A DNA stretch of 48,066 bases from Candidatus Ruminococcus hominiciens (GCA_037465725.1 DAPZRK010000001.1:1-48066), one strand, 5' to 3'; numbered from the stretch's first letter, positions 9,103 through 18,813 are shown. A program made the numbers and translations. The notes: generated from the letters alone by a model not told the origin.

Positions 9103-9272
9103 GGGATTCTAAAGGGTTTATAACCCTTTAGCGGATTCCAAAGGCAGAGCCTTTGGTGGGGTGTGGGGCAACGCCCCGCAAACTGCCTTCAAGCGCTCCG
9201 CAAAGGGTGAATTAAAAAACAGTCCGGTGGACTGTTTTTTAAGAGGGAACGCCCTGCAAGTGAGGGCGTTCC
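9103..9272. repeat. Interspersed five-hairpin REP/MITE-like element, copy 1
   Basis: Hairpins at 9109-9131, 9138-9156, 9163-9179, 9212-9242 and 9246-9272; first 39 nt recur at 48028-48066 with 2 mismatches. Confidence 0.8.
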
Positions 9273-9315
9273 ATTAGAGCCTGTTTAGTATCTTATAAAA
9301 ACTATAGCTTTTCTA

Positions 9316-9345
9316 TTGACAGTCCAACTTTTTGCATGGTATAAT
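9316..9345 (+). promoter_or_regulatory. Sigma-A promoter with extended -10 for the orphan gene
   Basis: TTGACA-18bp-TATAAT with TG at -15/-14. Confidence 0.75.
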
Positions 9346-9437
9346 AAATTTCAGGAAATATCGCGCCGCATATGGCGGTATTTTCCGAAATCTGCGGCGG
9401 CTCGTAAATACTCGCTGCGCACAAAGGAGAAATTACA

Positions 9438-9875
9438 ATGAGTCTATTTGGAACGCTCAATAAAATGTCAGGCTACTCGGAAGAAAACATGATAAAATCG
9501 TTTAACGAAATACTCCCTGCTATCGGCTCTAAAGCATTGTGCCCTATCGGAGTTTCGTTCAAGGTAAAGACCTTGCTAAGTTCAAAGCCAACAGGCTCCG
9601 GATTTGTGACGTTAACAGATACCAATCACTTGGTAATATACACTGTGATCCCGTTTAAAAGTGCTGCAATATATGATTTCCATTCACCTAAAAAGCTCTC
9701 TATCAAAGATACTGTCGCAAATCAGAAAATTATTAGCGCAAAGCTTTTCAACCTGCGTTCACAGGAATTTGATGACCTTCTCTTTCAGACCGGTTCTAAA
9801 ATTGACGGATTCCCACATCAGGCAGAACACTTTGCTAACTTCATCTCAACATTAGAGCAGTTTGTTACTGAATAA
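9438..9875 (+). CDS. Hypothetical protein, 145 aa
   Basis: AAAGGAGA RBS, own promoter and downstream terminator; no recognised family motif. Confidence 0.75.
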   Translation: MSLFGTLNKMSGYSEENMIKSFNEILPAIGSKALCPIGVSFKVKTLLSSKPTGSGFVTLTDTNHLVIYTVIPFKSAAIYDFHSPKKLSIKDTVANQKIISAKLFNLRSQEFDDLLFQTGSKIDGFPHQAEHFANFISTLEQFVTE

Positions 9876-9890
9876 AACTTACTAAAAATA

Positions 9891-9924
9891 AGACCCGAAA
9901 GCGGCACATTCCGCTTTCGGGTCT
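9891..9924. terminator. Bidirectional terminator between the orphan gene and groEL
   Basis: Perfect 14-bp stem AGACCCGAAAGCGG/CCGCTTTCGGGTCT between convergent genes. Confidence 0.85.
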
Positions 9925-9953
9925 CTGTTTTATGGAGTGCGATTTTTATCGGA

Positions 9954-11594
<1,641 letters not shown>

Positions 11595-11615
11595 TTATAT
11601 ATAGTTGATAGCCGA

Positions 11616-11900
<285 letters not shown>

Positions 11901-11924
11901 CTAAATAGTGATTGCTGTATTCAA

Positions 11925-11951
11925 TTAGCACTCTATCTTTCCGAGTGCTAA
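11925..11951. promoter_or_regulatory. CIRCE element (HrcA operator)
   Basis: Exact TTAGCACTC-N9-GAGTGCTAA upstream of groES. Confidence 0.98.
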
Positions 11952-11955
11952 TTAT

Positions 11956-11983
11956 ATTTTACCACCTTTTTCCGAGAAATCAA
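11956..11983 (-). promoter_or_regulatory. groESL sigma-A promoter
   Basis: Minus strand TTGATT-16bp-TAAAAT with extended TG, directly upstream of CIRCE. Confidence 0.65.
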
Positions 11984-12066
11984 GTCTATTCTTCAAACTT
12001 TCACAAATTTCAGCATTGTGCACAACTGACCAATATGAGTTACACTAATATCTATGGCAATAGTAT

Positions 12067-12094
12067 AAAAGGCGGACTTTTCAGCCCGCCTTTT
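12067..12094 (-). terminator. Intrinsic terminator of the M23 peptidase gene
   Basis: AAAAGGCGG...CCGCCTTTT stem next to the stop at 12099. Confidence 0.8.
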
Positions 12095-12098
12095 GTTG

Positions 12099-13829
12099 CT
12101 ATCCGTTATCCTCGTTTGCAGTATCGCCGTAATCCACCGTGTTAAGGTACATTGTCGGGTCTGTGCATACGCCCATGTAGCGCACCTCAAAGTGGCAGTG
12201 ATTTCCGGTCGAATGACCCGTTGTGCCGACCGCTCCGATGAGCTGACCGCGCATCACCTCCGAGCCTGCGGTCGCGTAAACCGCGCTCATGTGCGCGTAT
12301 ACGGTCTGATAGCCGTTGAGGTGGTCGATCATTACAAAGTAGCCGTAGCCGCCAGAATTCCAGCCTGCTGACACAACAACGCCGTCTGCTGCGGCATAGA
12401 TATCCGTTCCGCCGTCAGCCGCGATATCCAGACCCTTGTGGTTTCTGTCGCTTCCGAACGGGTCGCTGATATAGCCGCCGTCTACAGGCCACGAGAACTC
12501 GCCCGTACCGTAGAGTTTGGTGTCCTTGCTTGCAGGCATGGCGGAATAAGTTCCCACGCCTATCTGCTCAACGACAGGCTCTTTGGTTATCTGCGCGCTG
12601 AGAGTCTTTCGCGAATACTCCTCGCCGTCAACGTAGGTTATTTCGACATTGCTCACCTTCTCGCCGCGCTCGCCCTTTACGAGAACCGACTCAACTCCGA
12701 CATTGAGAGCACTGGTCTCGACCTTGACCGTCTCGTAGTCAAGGAACGATATCATCTCTATCTCGCGTACATACTGTATCGGCAGATAGCTTTCATGCTC
12801 CATGATATTGACCATTCTGCCCTCGCGGCAGCTCTCCTCGATGTTCGGGTTCATGTTTTCGAGCTGGGTAAGGTCCATGTTGAATTTCTGGCTTATAGAA
12901 ACCGCCGTATCGCCTGCTTTCGCGATATAGATACCCTTACGGCTCGTCGTTGAGGTGAGGAGGTCTATTGCCTCCTGCTGTCCCATAACGCTGTCCGCGA
13001 GGTATATTCCGTGCGAATACTCGATCTTGTTTTTATATTCAACGCTCTTTACCACGCCGTCGACCTTATAGTTGAGCAGTCTCTCGGAAAGCGCGTCCTG
13101 AATCGGAGATTTGTCCTCGACCGCGCCGATGAATTTGCCGTCAATGTAGATCCCGTAAGCCTCTTTAAGCTCCTCGTCCGAAGCCGCAAGCATCTCATTT
13201 GCAAGCTGCTCGGCGGAAACTATCTTGTCGCTGTCAGAAATAATGCGCAGCGAATACTTGGCAGACAGGTCAACGGGAGTACTGTTGCCCGCATAGTCGA
13301 TCCTCTGCTGAACCTCGCGCTCGGCAGTTTCAAAATCAGCCTCAGCCGTGATAACTCCGATCTCCCTGCCGTTGTACTCAACGCTGAGGCCGTATTCAAG
13401 ACCCGAGCCGTACTTTATCACTCCCACAAGAAAAGCCACCGAAACTATCGGCAGAATATAATTGAACGCCGTGTAGAAAACTCCGCCCTCGCCGAAAAGA
13501 TACGATGTCCAGAAGTGGAGCATTGCATGAATGTATGCAGACCTGCTCTCCTTTTTGGCGCGTATCATCCTGCGCTGAAGTTCCTTGTTGATGTTGAATC
13601 TGCTTCTTAGCGGAGCGGTAAGCTCCTTCAAAAGCCACAAAAGCGCTCTGAACAGACCTTTTGCAAGCTCTGAAAGCTCCAGCAGAATGAACCTTGCGCC
13701 CTTGATGACCCCGAGCATTATCATGACAAAGAACTTGACCGCAAAGAGTCCTGCTCTTGTGAAAACTCCTGAGAGTCCGCCGCTGCGGGAATCTGTATTT
13801 TCTGCGTCGTCAAGACGCTCATTCTCCAT
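12099..13829 (-). CDS. Membrane-anchored M23 peptidoglycan endopeptidase with LysM and G5 domains
   Basis: N-terminal hydrophobic segments; LysM-like YIAKAGDTAVSISQKF; G5-like VKGERGEK...KEPVVEQIGVGT; M23 HKGLD, YAHMS, GNHCHFEVR. Confidence 0.9.
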   Translation of the reverse strand: MENERLDDAENTDSRSGGLSGVFTRAGLFAVKFFVMIMLGVIKGARFILLELSELAKGLFRALLWLLKELTAPLRSRFNINKELQRRMIRAKKESRSAYIHAMLHFWTSYLFGEGGVFYTAFNYILPIVSVAFLVGVIKYGSGLEYGLSVEYNGREIGVITAEADFETAEREVQQRIDYAGNSTPVDLSAKYSLRIISDSDKIVSAEQLANEMLAASDEELKEAYGIYIDGKFIGAVEDKSPIQDALSERLLNYKVDGVVKSVEYKNKIEYSHGIYLADSVMGQQEAIDLLTSTTSRKGIYIAKAGDTAVSISQKFNMDLTQLENMNPNIEESCREGRMVNIMEHESYLPIQYVREIEMISFLDYETVKVETSALNVGVESVLVKGERGEKVSNVEITYVDGEEYSRKTLSAQITKEPVVEQIGVGTYSAMPASKDTKLYGTGEFSWPVDGGYISDPFGSDRNHKGLDIAADGGTDIYAAADGVVVSAGWNSGGYGYFVMIDHLNGYQTVYAHMSAVYATAGSEVMRGQLIGAVGTTGHSTGNHCHFEVRYMGVCTDPTMYLNTVDYGDTANEDNG

Positions 13830-13888
13830 GATATCAGCTCCTTTTATGGGAAAACTCCCCGAAATACTACTATTTGCCGTACTGTAAT

Positions 13889-13916
13889 ATTATAACAATA
13901 CAGTGAAAAATTACAA
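13889..13916 (-). promoter_or_regulatory. Probable sigma-A promoter for the M23 gene
   Basis: Minus strand TTGTAA-16bp-TATAAT with extended TG; ACTGTA...TACAGT inverted repeat (13881-13904) spans the -10. Confidence 0.55.
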
Positions 13917-13979
13917 CGCCGAAAGCGTCGTTTTTTCGGGTTCGTGCCCTATTTTGTAGGCTTGCACAAACCTTATACG

Positions 13980-14453
13980 TTATTTTCGGTTAAAATGCCA
14001 TGAATAATCGAGCATTTCAGGGGTATAGCCCTCAAGCTTTTCAAGGAGCGGCAGAACGTCTTTCTTAGCCGCTCCAAGGTCGTGCTCAAGGTAGTTTCCG
14101 CACTCTACTGCCGAGCAGCCGGGAATCTCACCGTCATATGACGCAATAAAGCTGTAAGCCTCCCTGACAAGCTTAATAGCGTCCTCCTTGGGAAGATCGC
14201 GCGTAAGCAGATAAAATCCCGTGCGGCAGCCCATTGGACCGACATAGATGACCTTGTCGCTGAATTCGCTGTTGCGCGCATATGTTGCGAAAAGGTGCTC
14301 AATGGTGTGGAGTGACGGATTTGAAACATAAACACCGCCGTTAGGCTTTACCATGCGGACATCAAATGTCGTGATATCTCCGTCAATGCGTGATATGTAC
14401 ATTCCTACGCCGAATTTTGTATGGTCAACTTCAAAACTTGCTATTCTTTTCAT
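13980..14453 (-). CDS. luxS: S-ribosylhomocysteine lyase LuxS (internal start within the fusion ORF, 157 aa)
   Basis: SFEVDH, HTIEH, GPMGCRTGFY, CGNY; own GGAGG RBS upstream of ATG at 14453. Confidence 0.92.
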   Translation of the reverse strand: MKRIASFEVDHTKFGVGMYISRIDGDITTFDVRMVKPNGGVYVSNPSLHTIEHLFATYARNSEFSDKVIYVGPMGCRTGFYLLTRDLPKEDAIKLVREAYSFIASYDGEIPGCSAVECGNYLEHDLGAAKKDVLPLLEKLEGYTPEMLDYSWHFNRK

Positions 14454-15305
14454 TTTAATTCCTCCATTAAATCGTTTCATGTCGTCGGGAAGCTCCGAGC
14501 GAACCGTTACTTCCTTTCCCGTTTCCGGATCTGTAAATGTTATCTGTGCGCAGTGGAGCGCGTGTCGGCTTATATCCGTCCTCTTTCCGCCGTACATATC
14601 GTCCCCTGCAAGCGGATGACCGATATGCGCAAAATGGACTCTTATCTGGTGAGTCCTCCCTGTTTCGGGAGTAACCTCCGCAAGCGAATATGTACCGCTG
14701 CATGAGATACGCCTGTAATGGGTAACGGCAGCGCGTCCGTCCTCGCGGACACATCGGAGAATTATGCTCTCCTGCTCGCGCGCTATGGGAGCATTGATAG
14801 TTCCGCTCTCAGGTATCTCCCCGTGAACCGCCGCGTAGTACACTTTCGGGCAATGTCCCTGCAAAAGCTTTGCGGCGTGAGCGTTCTTGGCCGCAATGCA
14901 CAAGCCGGAGGTATCCCTGTCGAGCCTGCTCACGGGACGGAACGTAAGCTCAGGATACATCGCCGCAAAGCAGTTCCCGAGAGTATCGCCCTGATGATGT
15001 ATCGACGGGTGGACGGGCATTCCGGCAGGCTTGTCAAAGACCACGAGGCTGTCGTTCTCGAAAACTACCGGTACGCTCAGCTCGGGATTCGGCTCAAGGA
15101 AACTCGTGTCGTTCAGGTTCAGCACTATCACATCGCCCTCGTAGACCATGTCTATGCTCCTCACGAGCCTGCCGCCGCGCGTTATTCCGCCCTCCTGCCG
15201 TTTAAGCTTCGCCAGCATTCTCTTTGAGACGCCTTTTCTTTCGGTGAGAAAATTTTTCAGCGTCATCGGCTGCGGCGAGTCCACGACCAGTCTTATTTCT
15301 TTCAA
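13980..15305 (-). CDS. RluA-family 23S rRNA pseudouridine synthase fused in frame to LuxS (441 aa from TTG start)
   Basis: AGGAGG 9 nt before TTG at 15305; DKPAGMPVHPS, SRLDRDTSG, TGRTHQIRVH, GHPLAGDDMYG; no stop before the LuxS region. Confidence 0.85.
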   Translation of the reverse strand: MKEIRLVVDSPQPMTLKNFLTERKGVSKRMLAKLKRQEGGITRGGRLVRSIDMVYEGDVIVLNLNDTSFLEPNPELSVPVVFENDSLVVFDKPAGMPVHPSIHHQGDTLGNCFAAMYPELTFRPVSRLDRDTSGLCIAAKNAHAAKLLQGHCPKVYYAAVHGEIPESGTINAPIAREQESIILRCVREDGRAAVTHYRRISCSGTYSLAEVTPETGRTHQIRVHFAHIGHPLAGDDMYGGKRTDISRHALHCAQITFTDPETGKEVTVRSELPDDMKRFNGGIKMKRIASFEVDHTKFGVGMYISRIDGDITTFDVRMVKPNGGVYVSNPSLHTIEHLFATYARNSEFSDKVIYVGPMGCRTGFYLLTRDLPKEDAIKLVREAYSFIASYDGEIPGCSAVECGNYLEHDLGAAKKDVLPLLEKLEGYTPEMLDYSWHFNRK

Positions 15306-16089
15306 CTCTGTTTTCCTCCTCGGCGGCGTATTCGTCCTCGCGTATAAAGATGTCGATACCCAGCGCATAAGCCGCCTTGAAACGGCAGACGGCGGTCGGG
15401 ATACCGATTATTGTCAGCGCGAGGGGCAGGAAAATAAGTCCCAGACGGAGTATTACCCTTCTGCGTCCGCGCATGAATCTCAGCGAGTAAAAAGCCACGG
15501 CAAATGCGTTTTTCTGCGGCATTTTCGCAAGCAGATAAGGAACTGCCGACAGACTTACGCGGCAGGCTGCCCATATTCCAAGCGAAACCAGCGTAAGCAC
15601 AGCCGCGTGGACTGCCATGAAAACTCCGTTCGTATCGAGCGAGCCGCTCACAAGCCTGTACGTTGCCACTCCAAAGAAAACTGCCGGCACAAGAGCCGCC
15701 ATGCCTATCAGCTTGGAGCAGACTGCCGCCGCAATGCTCCGCCAAAAGCCTCGTCCGCACATGACTATTTTTGAGTAGGGCGCGGCCCGTTTTCTCTCGT
15801 CCGAGAACACAGCGCACATTCTGACAGCCGCCGCATATGTCAGCGGATACACCGTTATCCACCTCAACGCCGTACACATCAGCATGACCGCAAGCTGGAT
15901 ACCGCTCTCAACGCGGAAAAGCGCAATGGGCTGCATCTGCCCGAAATACAGCAAAAGGCTGTATATCGCCGCCTCCGCAAAACGAAAGAAAAGCTCTGCC
16001 AAAAGCGGCAGAATACATATTGCCACAGCCGACGCGCGGCTTTTTCCCATAAGCCTGCGTGAATAGCGGACAAGCTCCATTGCTCTCAT
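15202..16089 (-). CDS. Multi-pass membrane protein of unknown function
   Basis: About five hydrophobic segments; GGGAGG RBS; 3' end overlaps the rluA start by 104 nt. Confidence 0.7.
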   Translation of the reverse strand: MRAMELVRYSRRLMGKSRASAVAICILPLLAELFFRFAEAAIYSLLLYFGQMQPIALFRVESGIQLAVMLMCTALRWITVYPLTYAAAVRMCAVFSDERKRAAPYSKIVMCGRGFWRSIAAAVCSKLIGMAALVPAVFFGVATYRLVSGSLDTNGVFMAVHAAVLTLVSLGIWAACRVSLSAVPYLLAKMPQKNAFAVAFYSLRFMRGRRRVILRLGLIFLPLALTIIGIPTAVCRFKAAYALGIDIFIREDEYAAEEENRVERNKTGRGLAAADDAEKFSHRKKRRLKENAGEA

Positions 16090-16212
16090 AATATCAGCCT
16101 CCCATAAAAGATACTATTATTATGGGAATCACTGCGGATTTTATACATTATATAAGAGCGCTCACTCAGGCGAACATTTTCAGCCTGCCGCAGATGGATT
16201 TCTTACAGGCTC

Positions 16213-16860
16213 TTAAATGCTGTAAAAATCGTCTGCGTCCTGAATTTTCTCGTAGGGGCAGTAGCCGAGTATCTCTATCGCCTGCGAATTGAGCCACATC
16301 TGCGCCGTTGCGATAGCGTCAAAGCCCTCACCGAAATCAGCAGTCAGCTCGGCAGGATTATACTTGGGGAGTCCGTAACACGAGAGCATATTCGAGATAA
16401 CTCCGCCGTGAGTTATGACTGCACAATGCGTAAGACCGTCATTCATCATGTCGGTTATTATCTCATGCAGAGCCTTGTATGTACGCGCAGTAAGTTCCTG
16501 CAAGCTCTCACCCTGCGGCGGACGGGAATCCTTGCCGCCCTTTATCCATTTCATGTAATCCTCGCGCTTTACAAGCTCATCAACGCTCTTGTTCTCGAAA
16601 ATTCCGAAATCAAGCTCTCTCAGGTCGTCAACCACGCATATCTGAGTGTGGGGAAAGAGTATCTCCGCAGTCTCGGTACATCTTCTCAACGGCGAGGAAT
16701 ATACTCTGTGGACAGTCGGATAGTCAAACTCGTCCATTTTTGCCGCAAGCTGAGCCGCGCCCTTGTCAGAAAGCGGTGTGTCGGTCTTGCCGATATAGAT
16801 CCCCTTTGCATTTGCCTCGGTCATTCCGTGACGCAGAATACTTAATCTGTAACCCTTCAT
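16213..16860 (-). CDS. Histidine phosphatase (phosphoglycerate mutase/CobC-like)
   Basis: LRHG, SSPLRRC, LRELDFG, THGGVI; GGAGG RBS supports start at 16860. Confidence 0.9.
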   Translation of the reverse strand: MKGYRLSILRHGMTEANAKGIYIGKTDTPLSDKGAAQLAAKMDEFDYPTVHRVYSSPLRRCTETAEILFPHTQICVVDDLRELDFGIFENKSVDELVKREDYMKWIKGGKDSRPPQGESLQELTARTYKALHEIITDMMNDGLTHCAVITHGGVISNMLSCYGLPKYNPAELTADFGEGFDAIATAQMWLNSQAIEILGYCPYEKIQDADDFYSI

Positions 16861-16972
16861 TTTAGATCCTCCATATATAAAATTGCACAAAATAGCGGCG
16901 ATAAATTTTAACTGTTGGTCAAAATTACGAATATCGGCTATTTTCATTCACAATTATTTCACATTCCACATA

Positions 16973-17001
16973 TTTACAAATTATACATTTTGTATTATAA
17001 T
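16973..17001 (+). promoter_or_regulatory. Probable sigma-A promoter of the XRE regulator
   Basis: TTTACA-17bp-TATAAT; ATACA-TTT-TGTAT palindrome in the spacer. Confidence 0.55.
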
Positions 17002-17052
17002 ATATATATTATCACTTTTTACCGCACTATTTTGTTACAGGGGGAAATTACT

Positions 17053-17772
17053 ATGAATTCCGATTTTGCAAGAATCATTACTCTACAGCGAAAGGAGCGC
17101 CACATCAGTCAGAAACAGGCTGCGACCGACCTCGGTATTTCTCAGGCTCTGCTTTCACATTATGAAAAGGGGATCCGTGAATGCGGACTCAACTTCCTTG
17201 TGAAGATCGCTGATTACTATAATGTCTCCTGCGACTACCTGCTCGGCAGAACCAACGAGCCTGAGGGAAAGACTATTTCCATAGAGGATATTCCCGACGA
17301 TGACGGGAACAACAACCTCGGTATGCCGTCGCCCGAGATAATAAACTTCAACCGCAGAATTATCAATAACTCGATCAGTATGCTTTTCAGCCTTGCTCAG
17401 AAAGCAAACAGCATAACGCTTATCAAAGAAGTCTCGTCTTACCTGATGCTGTCGGTGTACAAGCTTTTCAGAATAGTCTACAACGCAAATCCGCACAACG
17501 ACCAGAAGCTTTTCCGTATCCCGAAGGTAATAGCAAATGACAGCGCAAACGCTATCGTCTCAATGAGCGAAGCCAACATAAAGGCGGCTTCAAGCGGAAT
17601 ACCGCTCGACGGAAACGACTGTGTGGACAACTTTGACACGCTCTACATAACGACCTCGACCCTGCAAAAGGACTACACGCAGTACTCCTCATCGCTGCTC
17701 AATCTCATAAAACGCAGCGAGGAAAGCATTGCCCGCACCCGTGCAAAATACCGCAACGATAATGTCAAGTAA
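17053..17772 (+). CDS. XRE/Cro-C1 helix-turn-helix regulator with an uncharacterised C-terminal domain
   Basis: SQKQAATDLGISQALLSHYEKG...VSCDYLLG; AGGGGG RBS before ATG at 17053. Confidence 0.88.
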   Translation: MNSDFARIITLQRKERHISQKQAATDLGISQALLSHYEKGIRECGLNFLVKIADYYNVSCDYLLGRTNEPEGKTISIEDIPDDDGNNNLGMPSPEIINFNRRIINNSISMLFSLAQKANSITLIKEVSSYLMLSVYKLFRIVYNANPHNDQKLFRIPKVIANDSANAIVSMSEANIKAASSGIPLDGNDCVDNFDTLYITTSTLQKDYTQYSSSLLNLIKRSEESIARTRAKYRNDNVK

Positions 17773-17779
17773 CGGATTT

Positions 17780-17808
17780 ATTATAGCACATTTTCACGCG
17801 CATTGCAA
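17780..17808 (-). promoter_or_regulatory. Candidate antisense sigma-A promoter facing the 3' end of the XRE gene
   Basis: Minus strand TTGCAA-17bp-TATAAT with extended TG, 8 nt from the XRE stop codon. Confidence 0.5.
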
Positions 17809-18001
17809 GCTTTTGGCACACCTGCGCTTTATGATAACCGAGGTTAACTGCAAGCGAAATTATTTTCCATTCGGGATCTCCAAAACCGCATGAGAAAGGC
17901 TTTCCGCGGCAAAGCCTGCAAATCTCTGCTTGAATAATATAAAAACGACTCCTCATCTTCTCGGTGAGGAGCATTTTTATGAAAAAATTACCAATATCCT
18001 A

Positions 18002-18030
18002 TTGCTTTTTTTTAAATAATATGATATACT
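18002..18030 (+). promoter_or_regulatory. Sigma-A promoter of the response regulator-kinase-htrA operon
   Basis: TTGCTT-17bp-TATACT with extended TG. Confidence 0.65.
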
Positions 18031-18074
18031 GTATATTAAGTACACAACTATTAAAGAAAGAGGGTATTAAAATC

Positions 18075-18782
18075 ATGGCTACCGAAAAAAGTTTGAAGGT
18101 TCTTATTGTCGATGATGACAAGAATATCTGTGATCTTCTCAGACTTTATCTTGAAAAGGACGGCTACAGCGTTATTCTTTCACACGACGGTGAGGAGGCT
18201 GTTGTTAAATTCAACGCGCTCAAACCCGATATGGTTCTGCTTGATATAATGCTCCCAGGTAAGGACGGCTGGCAGGTCTGCCGCGAAATCCGCAAGAACT
18301 CGAACGTTCCGATAATCATGCTCTCCGCCAAGGGTGAGACCATTGACAAGGTGATCGGTCTCGAACTCGGCGCAGATGACTATATCGTCAAGCCTTTCGA
18401 TGCTAAGGAAGTTATTGCAAGAATCAACGCCGTTACAAGGAGAGTAAGCGCAAATACCGCTGAACCCGAAGCCAAAGAGGTCCATTACGACAAGCTTTCT
18501 GTCAATATGGACAGCTATGAGCTGAAAGTAAACGGCAAGAACGTCGATACTCCGCCCAAGGAGCTTGAACTGCTTTACTATCTTGCTTCAAATCCGAACA
18601 GAGTTTACACACGCGACCAGCTCCTCGATGAGGTATGGGGCTTTGAGTACTACGGCGATTCACGCACGATCGACGTTCACATCAAGCGCCTGCGCGAAAA
18701 GCTTGAGGGAGTTTCCGATAAATGGGCTCTCAAGACCGTCTGGGGCGTAGGTTACAAGTTTGAGGCGGACGAAGAAGAATAA
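18075..18782 (+). CDS. OmpR/PhoB-family response regulator
   Basis: VLIVDDD, LLDIMLP, GADDYIVKPF, winged helix RTIDVHIKRLREK...TVWGVGYKF. Confidence 0.95.
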   Translation: MATEKSLKVLIVDDDKNICDLLRLYLEKDGYSVILSHDGEEAVVKFNALKPDMVLLDIMLPGKDGWQVCREIRKNSNVPIIMLSAKGETIDKVIGLELGADDYIVKPFDAKEVIARINAVTRRVSANTAEPEAKEVHYDKLSVNMDSYELKVNGKNVDTPPKELELLYYLASNPNRVYTRDQLLDEVWGFEYYGDSRTIDVHIKRLREKLEGVSDKWALKTVWGVGYKFEADEEE

Positions 18783-18787
18783 TTTAC

Positions 18788-18813
18788 ACGGGGGACGTTT
18801 TGTCCCCTGTTTT
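18788..18813 (+). terminator. Terminator-like hairpin between the response regulator and kinase genes
   Basis: ACGGGGGAC-GTTTT-GTCCCCTGT followed by TTT. Confidence 0.5.

Noticed and set aside
9103..9272. Hairpin cluster as a CRISPR array, tRNA or simple terminator
   Set aside because: Units are non-identical with no spacers and no cas genes; no cloverleaf or T-loop motif; it lies between divergent promoters
15306..15368. N-terminal 21 aa of the 462-aa ORF-track call
   Set aside because: The RBS and RluA-like sequence point to the TTG at 15305
16861..17052. Apparent head-to-head overlap of phosphatase and XRE ORFs
   Set aside because: Artefact of longest-ORF calling; RBS-supported starts are 16860 and 17053
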